A stretch of 63,638 bases of DNA, counting the filler, from Ministeria vibrans ATCC 50519 (taxonomy: Eukaryota > Protista > Filasterea), in the NCBI GenBank assembly GCA_943704425.1. It is 6 parts of 6 records of this genome, joined end to end, with 100 filler letters (N's around TTAATTAATTAA, not from the genome) between each part and the next. Parts side by side here need not be neighbours in the genome. Positions count along the whole stretch, not along the records: positions 41,827 to 63,638 come from CALSCP010002235.1; 5 more parts are not named here. One strand, written 5' to 3'. The position numbers and the translations under genes are program-made. Below are positions 46,656 to 58,371 of the stretch, piece by piece (position 1 is the stretch's first letter; every line of letters begins with the position of its first letter). The notes beneath the pieces are model-generated. The model worked only from the letters and a program-made list of their open reading frames with translations. It searched no databases and was not told the DNA's origin.

Positions 46656-48419
46656 CTAGACTCCAAAGGACGCCGAGGGCCCCGACTGTCCACTGGCACT
46701 AGCGGCGGCAGAATCGGACGCCGGCATTGTTGACAACGTTGACGAATTTCGTCCCTGTTCGCCAACGCAAGGGAATGCGATGAACGGAGACGTCGGCTTG
46801 TTGGAAGTATCTGTACTTTCACGCGGAAGGGTTCGAGCTGCGAGAATTTTGAGTGACTCGGCGATGCTGGCAAAGATTTGGACTTGTTGGTGTTGAAGTT
46901 TCTGGTTGTCGTCCATCGCTGCCACCGTCCGAGCTGCAAGCATAGCGTTCGTCGCCTCCGCCGCCTCATGAAGTAGAGTGCGCTTCTCAACACTTTCGCT
47001 CATGTCTCTCAGACTCTGCGTGACCTTCTTCTTCGCCTCCGACTCAACCATCCGCCGCTTCTCAACTTGAGTCAGTTTTTGATTCTGAATTTCAATCAAG
47101 GCTTCCTCTCGACTCCGTTTACGGGTAGCCAGGCGCGCTGCTGTGTCATCTGCTGTCTCAGCGGTGTCGCTGATGATCATTGCACCTTTTCGCTTGTCGT
47201 CGGCTGTCCACATACGTGGTTGGAAAAGAAACAGAAAAAAGCTGTCAGATACAGATACTCAGATCACTTGTCACAGTCAGTTGTAACGAATTTCAACTCG
47301 TCCATTTCGCTGATATTATGAACTTTGTCTGTTTGAAAACGTGCTATATATAGTAAACGTCATTTGTATCTCATACCATGACAAAGCAAGTCGTAGATGT
47401 GAATCTCGTCAAGTAGTTTCGGATTTTCAAGCTTGAATTTTTCTTTCACTGCTTCGCGACCATCTTCGTCGGCGGGACGATGAAGCTTGCCGATCTTCGT
47501 GTTTTTGATAGATGACAGCTTGGAGCGAATGGAATCAACGCTGATGTTATCAAAACGGCTCCGGATGTTCATGTATATCTCATCAAACTTCAACAGTTTT
47601 TGAAACACAGCGAGCACTAAATTGAATCTGTTAGTTTATAAAACAGCTGGGCGCGGTCTCAACAACCACATATTGCCCAATACAAACACATTAATGTAAT
47701 AGTCTTACCCCTCGTTGGCTTCTTCGAGTTCTGCAGAGTGTCTGGCAGCCCATTTTTGGCGCAGAAGGCGTGAAAATCGGTCGCTCGAAATGTGACAGTT
47801 TCCGCACGGATAAGAGCCGCTCGGCTCATGATACACCAGGACATCTGCTTTGTAGGATCAAGGATAGACTTGGTCGTGCTTTGGGGTGGGGTCGGGGGAT
47901 GCGGTGGCGACGAGGGCGAGGGTGGTGGGATCGACGTATCCGTCGAAGTACTTTGAGGATGTTTGGTAGTCTCTTTCGTTGCTGGTGGCGTCGTAGACGC
48001 CAACAATGACGCGCTTGTCAAAGTGGGTGTGGTTTCTGGTGTCAGAGTCCCCATCTGGCGCACGGGGGATCCTAGGAAGAGGCGCCATTGAGATCATGCG
48101 GTGAAAAGATGTTCTTCGCGCCAAAACGTAAAGTTGGTGTACCTTCCTCGTCCTCATCCTCACCATCCACATCGTCACTCTCCTCACCACTCAGTTCTTG
48201 AGTGTCACCAGAACCCGATTCGGCATCAGAGCCGTCGTTTCCGTCGTCACTGTCGACATCAGACGTTGGCGGCTCGGGAATGTTTTTGTCGCGTCGATCC
48301 TTCGCCTCCTGCTCCTTAACAGCCCATTCGCTGTCTAGATCGGACCAAAGATCGCTGGGTACGCGTGTAGGAACAGAATTACGTGAGCTTTTGCGCGTTG
48401 TAGCGGTCTGGTCGGCCAT
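46656..48419 (-). CDS. Putative Harbinger ORF2 (Myb/SANT-trihelix-like) protein, multi-exon
   Basis: In-frame introns 48072-48142 and about 47616-47708. Acidic N-terminus, trihelix-like ISVDSIRSKLSSIK, and RKRSREE followed by a coiled coil. Tail-to-tail with the transposase. One splice near 47210-47280 is unresolved. Confidence 0.55.
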
Positions 48420-49219
48420 ACTGGGGCAAAGGGCAAAAGCGAGCGTTGAGAAACACAAATCTTCACAGCCACCTTGAGATATCAGCAGTTTTGCCCGTTT
48501 CTTCTACCAAGGTTGGTGTCTTAATCTTTCTCAGTACCTGGATCACAAGGAGAAGCTGTATTAAAGAAAACAAGAAGTGAGATTCTTTTCGAGATTGGAA
48601 GGTGGCCACTTTTCGGCGGTGCGAAATTTTTGTTCAAAATTGAGACTCAAAGTGAGATTGGAAGGTCAAGAGCGCTGTCTTGTTGCACGTGCCACTGTAA
48701 GCGCAAATTACTATGTCGTTTTTCGTTTCATGTCCTTTTTGTGTTTCGCGCGCGCTTTTCTGAAAACATCTTCGTTTCAGGAACTCTTTGTGGAAATGAT
48801 AGCGCGCGAGTCACAAAAGCTGGCAGGAAGTCAAAAGAAGAAACCGATCCAGGTACAAGCATATTGGTAAGGGGCAGACGTGTCTTTTTTTTTTTTTGTC
48901 AAAACATTTTTCAACGTTTTGTAGGTGAACGAATTGGAGGAGTTGCAGTTTTTGCAAGAAGTTCAGTCTTGAGACTTGACTCTTTAAGTCTTGACCTGTC
49001 GTGGATATTTCAAGTTCTCATTGCTCACATTGACGTGTCAGTTGCATCCTCTGCCCGTCTTCCGGCCACTACGAGGGTCACTGACTCACTGCAAAGTGGA
49101 TGGCGGGGTGCCAGCCCGTATGTGACGCGAGTCATCGCGGTCAGTACACGAGACTTATACTCATAGTCTGATGTCGCTAAAAAAACCTTGCGCGCTTCAC
49201 TTCTATCATTTATCAACAT

Positions 49220-51402
49220 TCAACAACCGGCGGGCTTGTCAAAGAGCGGTGGTTCGCCACGCGGACACGTCTCACCCATGTGGGCAGTGAGAGGGCGCGA
49301 GTTGAAAAAGTTCAGCGACATGCGAAAGTTGCCAAGAATCTGGCAGAAAGGCAAGCCGGGGTCGGCGGCCGTGCATTGCGGCGGCAGCACTGGATTGTCT
49401 TCAAAGATGTGCGAACAGTATGCGTCAAAGTTGGTCCTACACACAATTGAAGACGAAAGGTAAAAAAAAAAGAAAAGAAAAAAAGACATGTGACTCATTC
49501 TACCAGTCCGTGCATTGGATCTGGTCGGCAATGTCGCCGAAGAGACCGGATGCCTTCCAGACAGCGCAGACGAGGCTGTCGCACACCATACTGAGACCGT
49601 CAGTGTACTCCCAGCCGTCCATCTCGGGCTCCATCACAACGCCCCACCAAGTCTTGTTTTGTGCCGCCGCTTGATTGCTCAGTGTGACAGTGCGCGTTCC
49701 CGTCAACTTGGCGTTTCCCATGCGCTTGTTGAAAGCCTGAGAGACAGAACCAATGAGATCGACAAACAATACACTAGATAGTAACGAGCAACCTCGACTT
49801 ACCTGGTTCCACATTTTGTCGCCCACGGCGCCATCGAGCGAGTCAGCCAGAATCACAATAGCATGGTGCTCCTCCCATGTCATTGGGGGCGGGTAGTTGG
49901 CATTCTTCGTGTCAATCCAAGTATACAGCATGTTGTGAAATCCTGCAAAAAGAGTATACGGAATGAGAGGCTGCGACAAAGAAAGAGGGGGCAAACGGCG
50001 AATAGTCGCTTGCCAGTGCGGGTGCGTGTGCTGGAATGGAACGGAATGGAAGAACAAGAGTGGCCACAAAGAGAAACAAAAAAAGGAAACGAATTGTGTA
50101 TTGCTCACCGTAAGGCAAACCTTCGGCCTTGGTGGTAAACCATTCGCGGGCCTTGGTGGAGTTGAAAAGAGCACGCGAGTGGGCGGAGAGGGGCAAGTGA
50201 ACGACGTTGTAATCGGCGGCCTTGGCCTGTTTGAGCCATTGGCGGTATTCGGTCTTTTGGATGCCGTTGGTCGGCCAGTAGTTGCTATTGGTGGTACTCT
50301 CGCAGATGTAAAGAGTGTCGTTAAAGCGCAGCGCAATGGTTGTGTGACCCGTATCGGCGCCCATGCCGTAGCTGAGCATGGGGTCGAGGCCGTCTAGACG
50401 GAGGACGCCAAAGAAGTCGCCGTCGTGGATGAGCGACTCGTCGAGAAACACGTCGGTGACGTTGCGCTTGGGGAGGGAGTATGACACGCTGTCACGCAGG
50501 AACTTGACGTTTTTCTCCTGGGTGCGCATGGGGATGCCGGGGCCGCCCGTTTCCGCGGGCACGAACAGCTCAATGGTTTCGAGCAGCTGGTAGACAGTCT
50601 CGAGGGTCGACGATGGGGGCATGGCGACACGGAAGCCTTCGCGCGCCAAGAAGGTGCGATCGTCGTCATCAAACTTGCTGTGCCACTTGAGCGTGCGTGT
50701 TTCAGCCTTCTTGAAACTTGCGGTTTTGAGGCCGTTGTAGAAGAACCAAATGAAATCTTCGCAGTCGGCGTTTGCTGCCTTGGGCGACGACGAGGTGACT
50801 GTCAGCTCGGCTCCCTCGCTCGTGTACACCGCTGTTGCCGTGTACTCGTCGAAGCAACGGGTGGAGAACTTCAGCGTCTGCGCGGCCGCCGAAGACGGTG
50901 CGGGGATGAGCGACCCCATAAACTTCGGCACCCAGCCGAACGCGGGGCTCTTCCCGTCCTTCTACACAATGTCAATGGGCGATTGAGCACATGGTGATGC
51001 GTTCTCAACAAGCGGAGGGCTGGACCTCTCGAGTCATGTGAGTTGAATTGTTTATCGCAACAGTGCGCAAAACAAAACCTCTGCGGATGACAACGTATGC
51101 TTGTGACGAAATGCTCTGAGTACCTTGAGGTGCTCCACCGACTCAGTGGCCGTATCGATGATTGTACGCAGCTCGTTGCGCAGGGTTGAGAGCCAAGGCG
51201 CGAATCGTCGATAGTCCACGACACTGGAATGCACAAGGGGGTTGTACGGGGGCAGACCAAAGGCCTCGAGGGAGCCAAGGAGCGGTTCGCTGTCGCCGTG
51301 GGTGCCGGTGAGGGCCTTGACAAGCGAATCAACGGAGAGAGAGGAGGAGGTGGGCGCGGAACTCGCCAGAGCGACGCAGAGTGCAAGAAGGACCCAGCGC
51401 AT
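49220..51402 (-). CDS. Secreted protein with a permuted papain-like (NlpC/P60) catalytic arrangement
   Basis: Signal peptide MRWVLLALCVALASS; IHDGDFFGV...TGHTTIAL...LYICEST (His first), EGLPYG, and later DGWEYTDGLSMVCDSLVCAVWKASGLF (Cys). Confidence 0.65.
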
Positions 51403-51801
51403 CAGGAAGAGACTCGTCGCAGTTACAGACAAGGGGCTCAGGGAAGCAAAAAGAAATGAAGCTGTCTGCTGTTCAGTGCTATAAGCTACTAAAGCTAGGA
51501 AGAGTTTGAATAAATAAATAAAAACGAAAAATAATCTACAGAAAGGTTGAAGATTAGTAGACAGTAGCTGTAAATAAGCTAAATTAGCTGATAATTGATA
51601 TTATCATTATTATGTCTGTTGAGTCTATTTAGTTGGTTTCTTATTTTATACATTTGGTATTATTGGGACTCTAATACATTATTAATACACGATGTACAAT
51701 TATTATTATTGATTCCAACGATTAATTTTTATTATTATTATTTTGATAGTATACATACATCGACCATACATTGGCTTGCTCAAAGTCAGAATATGCCCAT
51801 G

Positions 51802-52695
51802 TCAAAAGACGACACCACCGGAAACAAACTCCGAGGGGACGGGCACGGGTAGCCATGGCAGAGCGTCGGCAGGTGTATTCGGAAGTAGGCCCAGAGTATT
51901 CATCTTGTACACTGCCATGAGCACACTCACCATATGCAGTGCAATGAACATCAACTTGGGGGCCAGCAGCGAGTGTCTGTCATCGGCAAATCCCGCAAAC
52001 GCTGAACAAGAAATAATTATTATTAAACATATTATTAGTATTATAAATACCAAGTCAGTGTATTGCGTATTTACCTGAGTTTACTCCCGACATGGCCCTC
52101 AATGGGTTGACAAGCATCATTCCTAATAGGATGCAATCTCATAAGCTACAATCCTCCTCATACACAATCCTGTCCTCTCTTTACCGGTAATCATGATTGA
52201 AAAAATGTGAATAGACGAGCCGCTCATGTACATCATAATTAGATTCATAAAGATGCTCTGACCAGGCGTCTTCGCCAAGTCGTAGGCTTTCTATCAGTTT
52301 AGAAACGAAAGTGGAAAAAACATTGATNNNNNNNNNNAAAAAAAAAAAAAAAAAAAAGACAAAAGGATAAGATTCGTCTGAACACAGCCCGTTTGCCCCC
52401 GCACACACAACGGCAGCGCGGGAACAAGTGCAACCGACCTTCATCTTGAGCTCGAGGACGCGGGTCTTGTTCGCGCCGCCGTCTGCTGCGGACGACGAGG
52501 CGTCGGCGACGACAGTCGAGTAGTCCGTCGGACATGTGACATCCCGCATCCTACACAGCAGTCAGAACACGTCGCAGGTACTAGGGGTGTGCCGCATGGC
52601 GGACGGAGTGCGAACCAACGCGTTGGCGGGAGAGGAAAGTGGCGAAACGACGCTCGTGCTTACGTGTGACTTCCCTCGAAATGTAAGCGCTTCAT
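51802..52695 (-). CDS. EMC4: ER membrane protein complex subunit 4
   Basis: KAYDLAKTPGQSIFMNLIMMYMSGSSIHIFSIMIT; YKMNTLGLLPNTPAD. Confidence 0.9.
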
Positions 52696-52855
52696 AACGT
52701 CTCTCACTGACTCAGATACAATCCAGCGCACTCAGTAGTCAGTCTAGCAAAACTAAAGTGAATTGTCAAATGTTAAATGTTAATTGCTATTAATTTATAC
52801 TTTATTCATTATTGTTGTTCAAAAACTATTTGACTAATAGTGTTTTGTTTCAATT

Positions 52856-55018
52856 ATGGCTGCGTCTGGGTTTGGGTCGTTTTTCAACGAGCCCGTGCAT
52901 GTTCTTATCGAGCAGGACGATGGTGTATATAAGGAGCCGCCGAAACCGGCGACAGTGCTTGCCATCGGAACGGATCTTGATGACGAATGCAGATCACTCG
53001 AAAGTCCAACTCTTATTCGCGAGCGCTGCTTCTTCCTTTCGTCCTCCTGGACCTTTATCAACCACGGGGCCTTTGGTGCGACATTGCGCTGTGCCTCTCG
53101 CGCTGCCAATGCGTGGCAGGAATACACAGAAAGCCAGGTCAGACCAGACACAACATGACGCCGCCTTCTGACCCCATTTGCAGCCTCTGAAGTTTCTCGA
53201 TCGCGAACTTCTCCCTCACATTGTGGACATCACTCGTCGATTGTCCGACTTTGTTGGCTGTGACCGACGCGACCTTGTTCTTGTGCCAAACGCAACGACC
53301 GGCCTCAATGCGGTGTGTCGCTCGCTCAAGTTGCAGTCTGGTGAGTCCGGCTGATCTTCGTCGACGACATTGCGCTGAAGTATGTGTTCCCGCCCTCCTT
53401 CGTTTCTCAGGCGACTGTGTCTTCTGTCTCTCCATTGCATATGGTGCGCTGAAGAAATTGCTTGCGGAAGTCTGTTTGCACGCTGGCGCCACTGTTGTCA
53501 ACTGCCCTGTTGCCTATCCACTTGAGGTATTCTTTGTGTGTGAGTGTGGACGTCCTTGTTTCTAAGCCATCTTGGGATGTAGTCATCTGCGCATCTGATA
53601 GACACAGTCAGTCGGGCGCTCAGCAATTTGCCGGGCACGTGCCGCCTGGCAGTGTTTGACCACATCACGTCGAACACAGCCCTGCTGTTGCCGGTTCAAC
53701 AGTTAGTTCAGCTGTGTCATGAGCGAAACATTCCCGTACGGCTCTGCGCTTTGGCTCTTACCCTCTTGATTTTTGTTTTGTTTTGTTTCTTGTTTTTGTT
53801 TTGTTTTTTTTTGTTTCTATAGGTACTTATTGATGGTGCCCATGCTCTCGGTCAGATTCCACTCAATTTGCGTCAGATCGACGCTGATTTCTATGTTTCC
53901 AACTGCCACAAGTGGTTGTGTAATGCAAAAGGTAAAGAAACAGACTCGAGAGAAAAAGAAGAGAAAAAGAAACAAAGTGATGTGGGGTGACAGGGGAGTG
54001 TGTGGATAGAAAAGGAGAGAGGAAGAAACAAGTGATAGAGAGAGAGAGAGAGAGGAGAAAGAAACAAGGTGATAAGAAAGAAACAAGTGATAGAGAGAGA
54101 GAGGAGAAAGAAACAAGGTGATAAGAAAGAAACAAAGTGATAGAGAGAGAGTATGTGTGTGTGAGTATGTATTTGTGGTATGTGCGTGTACGTGTGTCTC
54201 TGTGGCGTATGTGTATTGATTTCGAGTCGAGAGAGCGACTTACTCCTACGTATGATCTAGGGTGTGCGTTGCTGTATGTACGACGAGAATTGCAGAGCAC
54301 GATTCGGCCAGTGGTTGTGTCGCATGGCTATGGTGCGGGTTTTGTTAGCGAGTTTGTATGGACTGGCCTGCGAGACTACTCGCCCTGGCTGGCCCTGCAC
54401 CAGACGCTTGACTGGTGGGCTGACATGGGAGGCTGTGAGCGTGTGTGGCTGCACAACCGCATGCTCTGTGCGCGCGCTGTGCGCCTCTTGCACTCAACCT
54501 GGCACCCGCAGTCCGCTCTCTCATCTCCCTTGCCCGCCCTTGAGCCCACGCCCATCTCCATGGCGCTCGTACCTCTCCCCGACCTCATTGCCCGCAAGTA
54601 TGCCCTTGACGCCTCCCGTGTGCAGGACACCCTCCACCATCGCTACTCTATTGAGGTTGGCGATTATTGTATTCATGCCTGTTTGTTCTTTTCTCACATC
54701 TCCTACTCCTTATCTCTATTTTTTTGCACACTTGTATACTTTGTTACTCACACTTTGACTCTCCATCAACGTTTCTCCCTGTCACTTTGTCCCTATCGCT
54801 TTGTCTTTCTCTCGTTCTTCTCTCTCTCTTTCCCTCTCCCTCACCTTCTTTCTTTCTCCCTTTCTTTCTCCCTTTTTTTCTCGTAGGTCCCTGTGAAGAG
54901 GGTCGACGACCGTCTGTATGTGCGCATTTCAGTACACGTGTACAACGACGAGGCGGATTATGTGCGGCTGGGAGACGCTGTGTGTCGCATGGCTCAAGGT
55001 CAACGCGACATTGTCTAA
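52856..55018 (+). CDS. Class V PLP enzyme (L-cysteine desulfhydrase / Egt2 / isopenicillin N epimerase-like)
   Basis: FINHGAFGA; VPNATTG; FDHITSNTA; IDGAHALG; PLP lysine in SNCHKWLC; WTGLRDYS; [10 protein letters not shown]. Confidence 0.88.
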
Positions 55019-55127
55019 ATACATTGAATATGGATTGTGATATAGTATATTTTGATGTTTATAGAAAGCAAACCCATACTGTTAAGCTATGTCATTCTTG
55101 AATCTTCATATTTATCTTTCATTTACT

Positions 55128-55778
55128 TTACAAGGTTGAGAAGAGTGCAACGGAGGCAATGGGAGCGTGGGGAGTGTCCCAGGTGACGGCAGCAAGCTCA
55201 ACAAGAAGTCCTAGGTGAGTGTACTCGAGCCAGGGGGCGAGACCAGCGCCCACCCCACCGCCCTTGGACGACGGCTCGCCCAGCTGCGCTACCAGCTTTG
55301 CACCTGTGCTGTGTGCAAGAGAGACTCCGTGCGGCAGCGGGAGGGGGAACGCTCCAAAATCAGTGTAGCGTGACGTGTTGTGACCACTGTAAACATGTAC
55401 TGTCGTAACGGTACCGCCGCTGCTCTCCAGCGAGAGGCCCAGCGCGTGTAGATTGGTGTAAGTGACGGTGCCCAGACGCTTCTCGTCCATTTTTAGCGCT
55501 GAATCGTCAAGTGGGCATGAAAAGAGCTCGGCCAGCTTGGCTGGAAGCAACTGGTCGTCAACAGAACAGCCGAGGAGTTCAAGGATGCGCGCGGGAGGAG
55601 AACACACTGCCTTGTGCGTTGCCTTCCAGTCAACGCGCTGGCACTCGCGTGAACAGTAGGAAATGGCAGAGCATCGAGAGCATTGGAAAGGTGCGTGTCG
55701 GTTGGCACATACGGCGCATGGTTGGGTGATTGTGGAAGTTGAGGGTGGCGGTGATGATGATGATGATGATGATGACAT
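55128..55778 (-). CDS. MYND zinc-finger protein with an uncharacterised C-terminal domain
   Basis: CAVC...CSRCSAISYCSRECQRVDWKATHKAVC; C-terminal LVAQLGEPSSKGGG...WLEY..LGLLVEL. Confidence 0.85.
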   Translation of the reverse strand: MSSSSSSSSPPPSTSTITQPCAVCANRHAPFQCSRCSAISYCSRECQRVDWKATHKAVCSPPARILELLGCSVDDQLLPAKLAELFSCPLDDSALKMDEKRLGTVTYTNLHALGLSLESSGGTVTTVHVYSGHNTSRYTDFGAFPLPLPHGVSLAHSTGAKLVAQLGEPSSKGGGVGAGLAPWLEYTHLGLLVELAAVTWDTPHAPIASVALFSTL

Positions 55779-55806
55779 GAGTGCGTTGATTTTCAAGTTT
55801 GGTCGC

Positions 55807-56556
55807 TCAGGTGAGAAAGCTGAAAAAGTCGTCGTCTTCCGTGTCGGGATTTGCTTGTGACCCGGATGCCGCAGTAACGGGTGTAGCAAGGGAAATAGAT
55901 GGAGAGCTAATTGGAAAGTGTGGAGCTGATCCAAAGGTAGCAAACTCGGCGTGGTCAAGAATGAACTACAGACAAAAGGCATCAGTGGAGGGCTGCGTTC
56001 GCGATTGAAGGTGAGCGTACGCTTGAATCCGTTTCGCCGTCTATGGAATGCGCACGTCCAGCGTCGTCGTCGGCTTCCCCTTCGTAGTCGTCGTCCCCTT
56101 CGTCGTCGTCGTCGTCGTCGCTCTGAGTCGGATTTTGTTGGGTGTCGCGCGACGAAAGATAATCGTCAAAGGCCCAGCCGAAACTGCGCTGTGACGGGTC
56201 TGGCAAGGCGCGAGAGGGCTGTCTAGGAGTCAGACCAGTTCTGCCGAATCCTGGAGGGGTTGCAGGGTCGCTTGAGACTCCACCAAAGCCAGGAAAATCC
56301 TAAAAATATTTTATTCAAATTTTTTCACATTTCGAATTGTGTCGGACACTTTCAGTGCATCAGCGGGTTCTTGTCGTACGTCTCGTCCAGTGGATACGCC
56401 AAGAGGTCGACCTTGGTGTCCAGCAAGCGAAACCTCTTCAAGGGCCTCGCGAAAGCGACTTTCAAGAAGAGGCAATTGCGTGTTGACAAACGAAGCGCTT
56501 TGAAAGTGTGCCGAGTCCAAAAGACGAGGGATCAACGGCGGGATCCGGCAATTCAT
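55807..56556 (-). CDS. ANAPC15: APC/C subunit 15-like, 3 exons
   Basis: IPPLIPRLLDSAHF...TQLPLLESRFREALEEVSLAGHQGRPLG parallels APC15 (FPSLxPR...F...IG), followed by an acidic tract. Intron 55966-56020; stop at 55807-55809. Confidence 0.55.
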
Positions 56557-56644
56557 GCACAGTTGTACCGACTACAGTCTACAGTCGCTGAAATATCACT
56601 GATTTGGGATTTCTGAAAATTCAAAATATTCATTGATCATTCAT

Positions 56645-57907
56645 TCACTCGCTTTCAACTTTTGTTAATACAGAAGGCTCCGTGTCGCCTTTCGTTCCCC
56701 GCGCAATTGCTTCAATCTCAAGCTCGGTAGCATACTGCTTGTTCATCATCAACAGCTCCTTCTTCTTCGCGTCCCTCGGCACAACATGCACATTCAGGAG
56801 CGCAACAGCGCTCTGTACACCCGCGGGCGCATCCGCCTCGGGCTCTGCCACCGTCACCGGCACCTTAAATTGACCAAGCTTCGAAAGAGGCTGAGCCAAC
56901 TGGATAGCACTTGGCTCCACTACATCACAATAGTAATCGTGTCATTATTAGTATTATTATTCGTCTTACGAGACTCCTCTCGCCCCTTCCCTCTCTTTCG
57001 TCTCCTCTCTCTTTCTCTCTTTCTCTCAGCCGCCCCCTCGCCATCCCGCAGTATCCTTACCGTGCAACATGTATTGCTTGGTCAGACGCTCCACAATGTC
57101 TTTTACGCCAAATCGAAACGTGTTCATTTCGTTGTCCGTGTCCACCTCCACTACCATTTTCTTCCGCTGCAAACGCCTGATAATGCCATTCAGCACAAAC
57201 TACGATAGGGTGTTTTTCAAAGAGAAAGACATCAGAATCGCACTGTTACTAATAATACTTTAAATGTGAGAGTGTCATTATTATTTCTCGTAGTAGTATT
57301 ACTATAGTACACATTACGATCAGCACACACAAAGGACGTACCTCAACGCGCACTTCCGTCGAGTCGGGGTGTCGCAGCAGCTTCGCGTACTTCTTCAGAT
57401 TGGCTGGTGTTGCCCACACGCCCATTCCATTCGGAATAAGGTAGTTTCGAATGTAGCCTGCGCTCGTCTGAGCAATTGTGCCGGACAGACCAAGACCTAC
57501 ACACGAAAAAAAAAATGAATGAAGAAAAACACTCTTCGTGTGGATCGCAATGCGCCGTTTTCATCGACGCCAGAGCACACACATCGTCCCAACATACACA
57601 CCAGACGCTCTTCCAGTACGCACCTTCCACATCTTGCGACAGGATGATCAGCTTTTTGACATTTCGATTGGGCTTTCTCCAGCGAGCGGCTCGATGGAGG
57701 TCCCTCTACGAAGAGAGAAGGCGGCACACGCGCCGTGGGTTACGTCCGGTCGAGCTCCCCTTGTGCAGGGACATGGCCGGCGGCTGTCGCGGGCGAGCGG
57801 CGCCTCATTCCCGCTCGTACCTGTTGCCCTGTGACGTTGACAGCACTCACACTTCTCAAAAGGGGACCGATCGTTCCTAACGGTCTGCGAGACCACGCCG
57901 AAAGCAT
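56645..57907 (-). CDS. MRPL9: Mitochondrial ribosomal protein bL9m
   Basis: Transit peptide; LIILSQDVEGLGLSG...AGYIRNYLIPNGMGVWATPAN; PLSKLGQFKVPV. Confidence 0.85.
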
Positions 57908-58131
57908 CCTACACAGGCAGACGAGAGGAAAAACAGTTGTGAATTGTGAAACTAACAATTAACAAACCTGTTTTCAAATCTTGTGAAGTGTGTAAGACAG
58001 CGCTAATACCCACTATCATCTGACCGAACTAAGTCGTCGACTCGCCGTAGGCCCCTGAACTCTGAAGTCGCTAGTGAGCGGTGGGCAATGGGCCGTGGGT
58101 CGTGGAGGTGCAGCTCGCGCCGCCATCAGCC

Positions 58132-58318
58132 ATGAGCCGTCTCGCTGGGCCTCGAGTGGTCAATGGTCTTTCTTTTTAGTTTTTACTCTTTACCATTTCA
58201 CATAATTGAATTTTGATTTTTGATCATTCATTTGTTGGTGACCATTGACCATGTCTGGACCAGCGTACGCATCTGAACGAGTCTCCCAAATATATTATTC
58301 TCACCTGTGTGTGTGTGT

Positions 58319-58371
<53 letters not shown>

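Larger units (their letters stand above)
42044..48877. mobile_element. Candidate non-autonomous, cargo-carrying PIF/Harbinger-superfamily DNA transposon
   Basis: CTGCCCCTTAC (42044-42054) and GTAAGGGGCAG (48867-48877) are a perfect inverted pair, each flanked externally by AC. The interval holds a transposase 3' half and a convergent Myb-like gene. Confidence 0.55.

Noticed and set aside
57990-58180. GC-rich segment ending in a T-run, with faint U3 snoRNA or Pol III RNA resemblance
   Set aside because: Boxes C (TGATGA) and D (CTGA) are missing at the expected places. It is better explained as the 5' UTR and first exon of the downstream gene.
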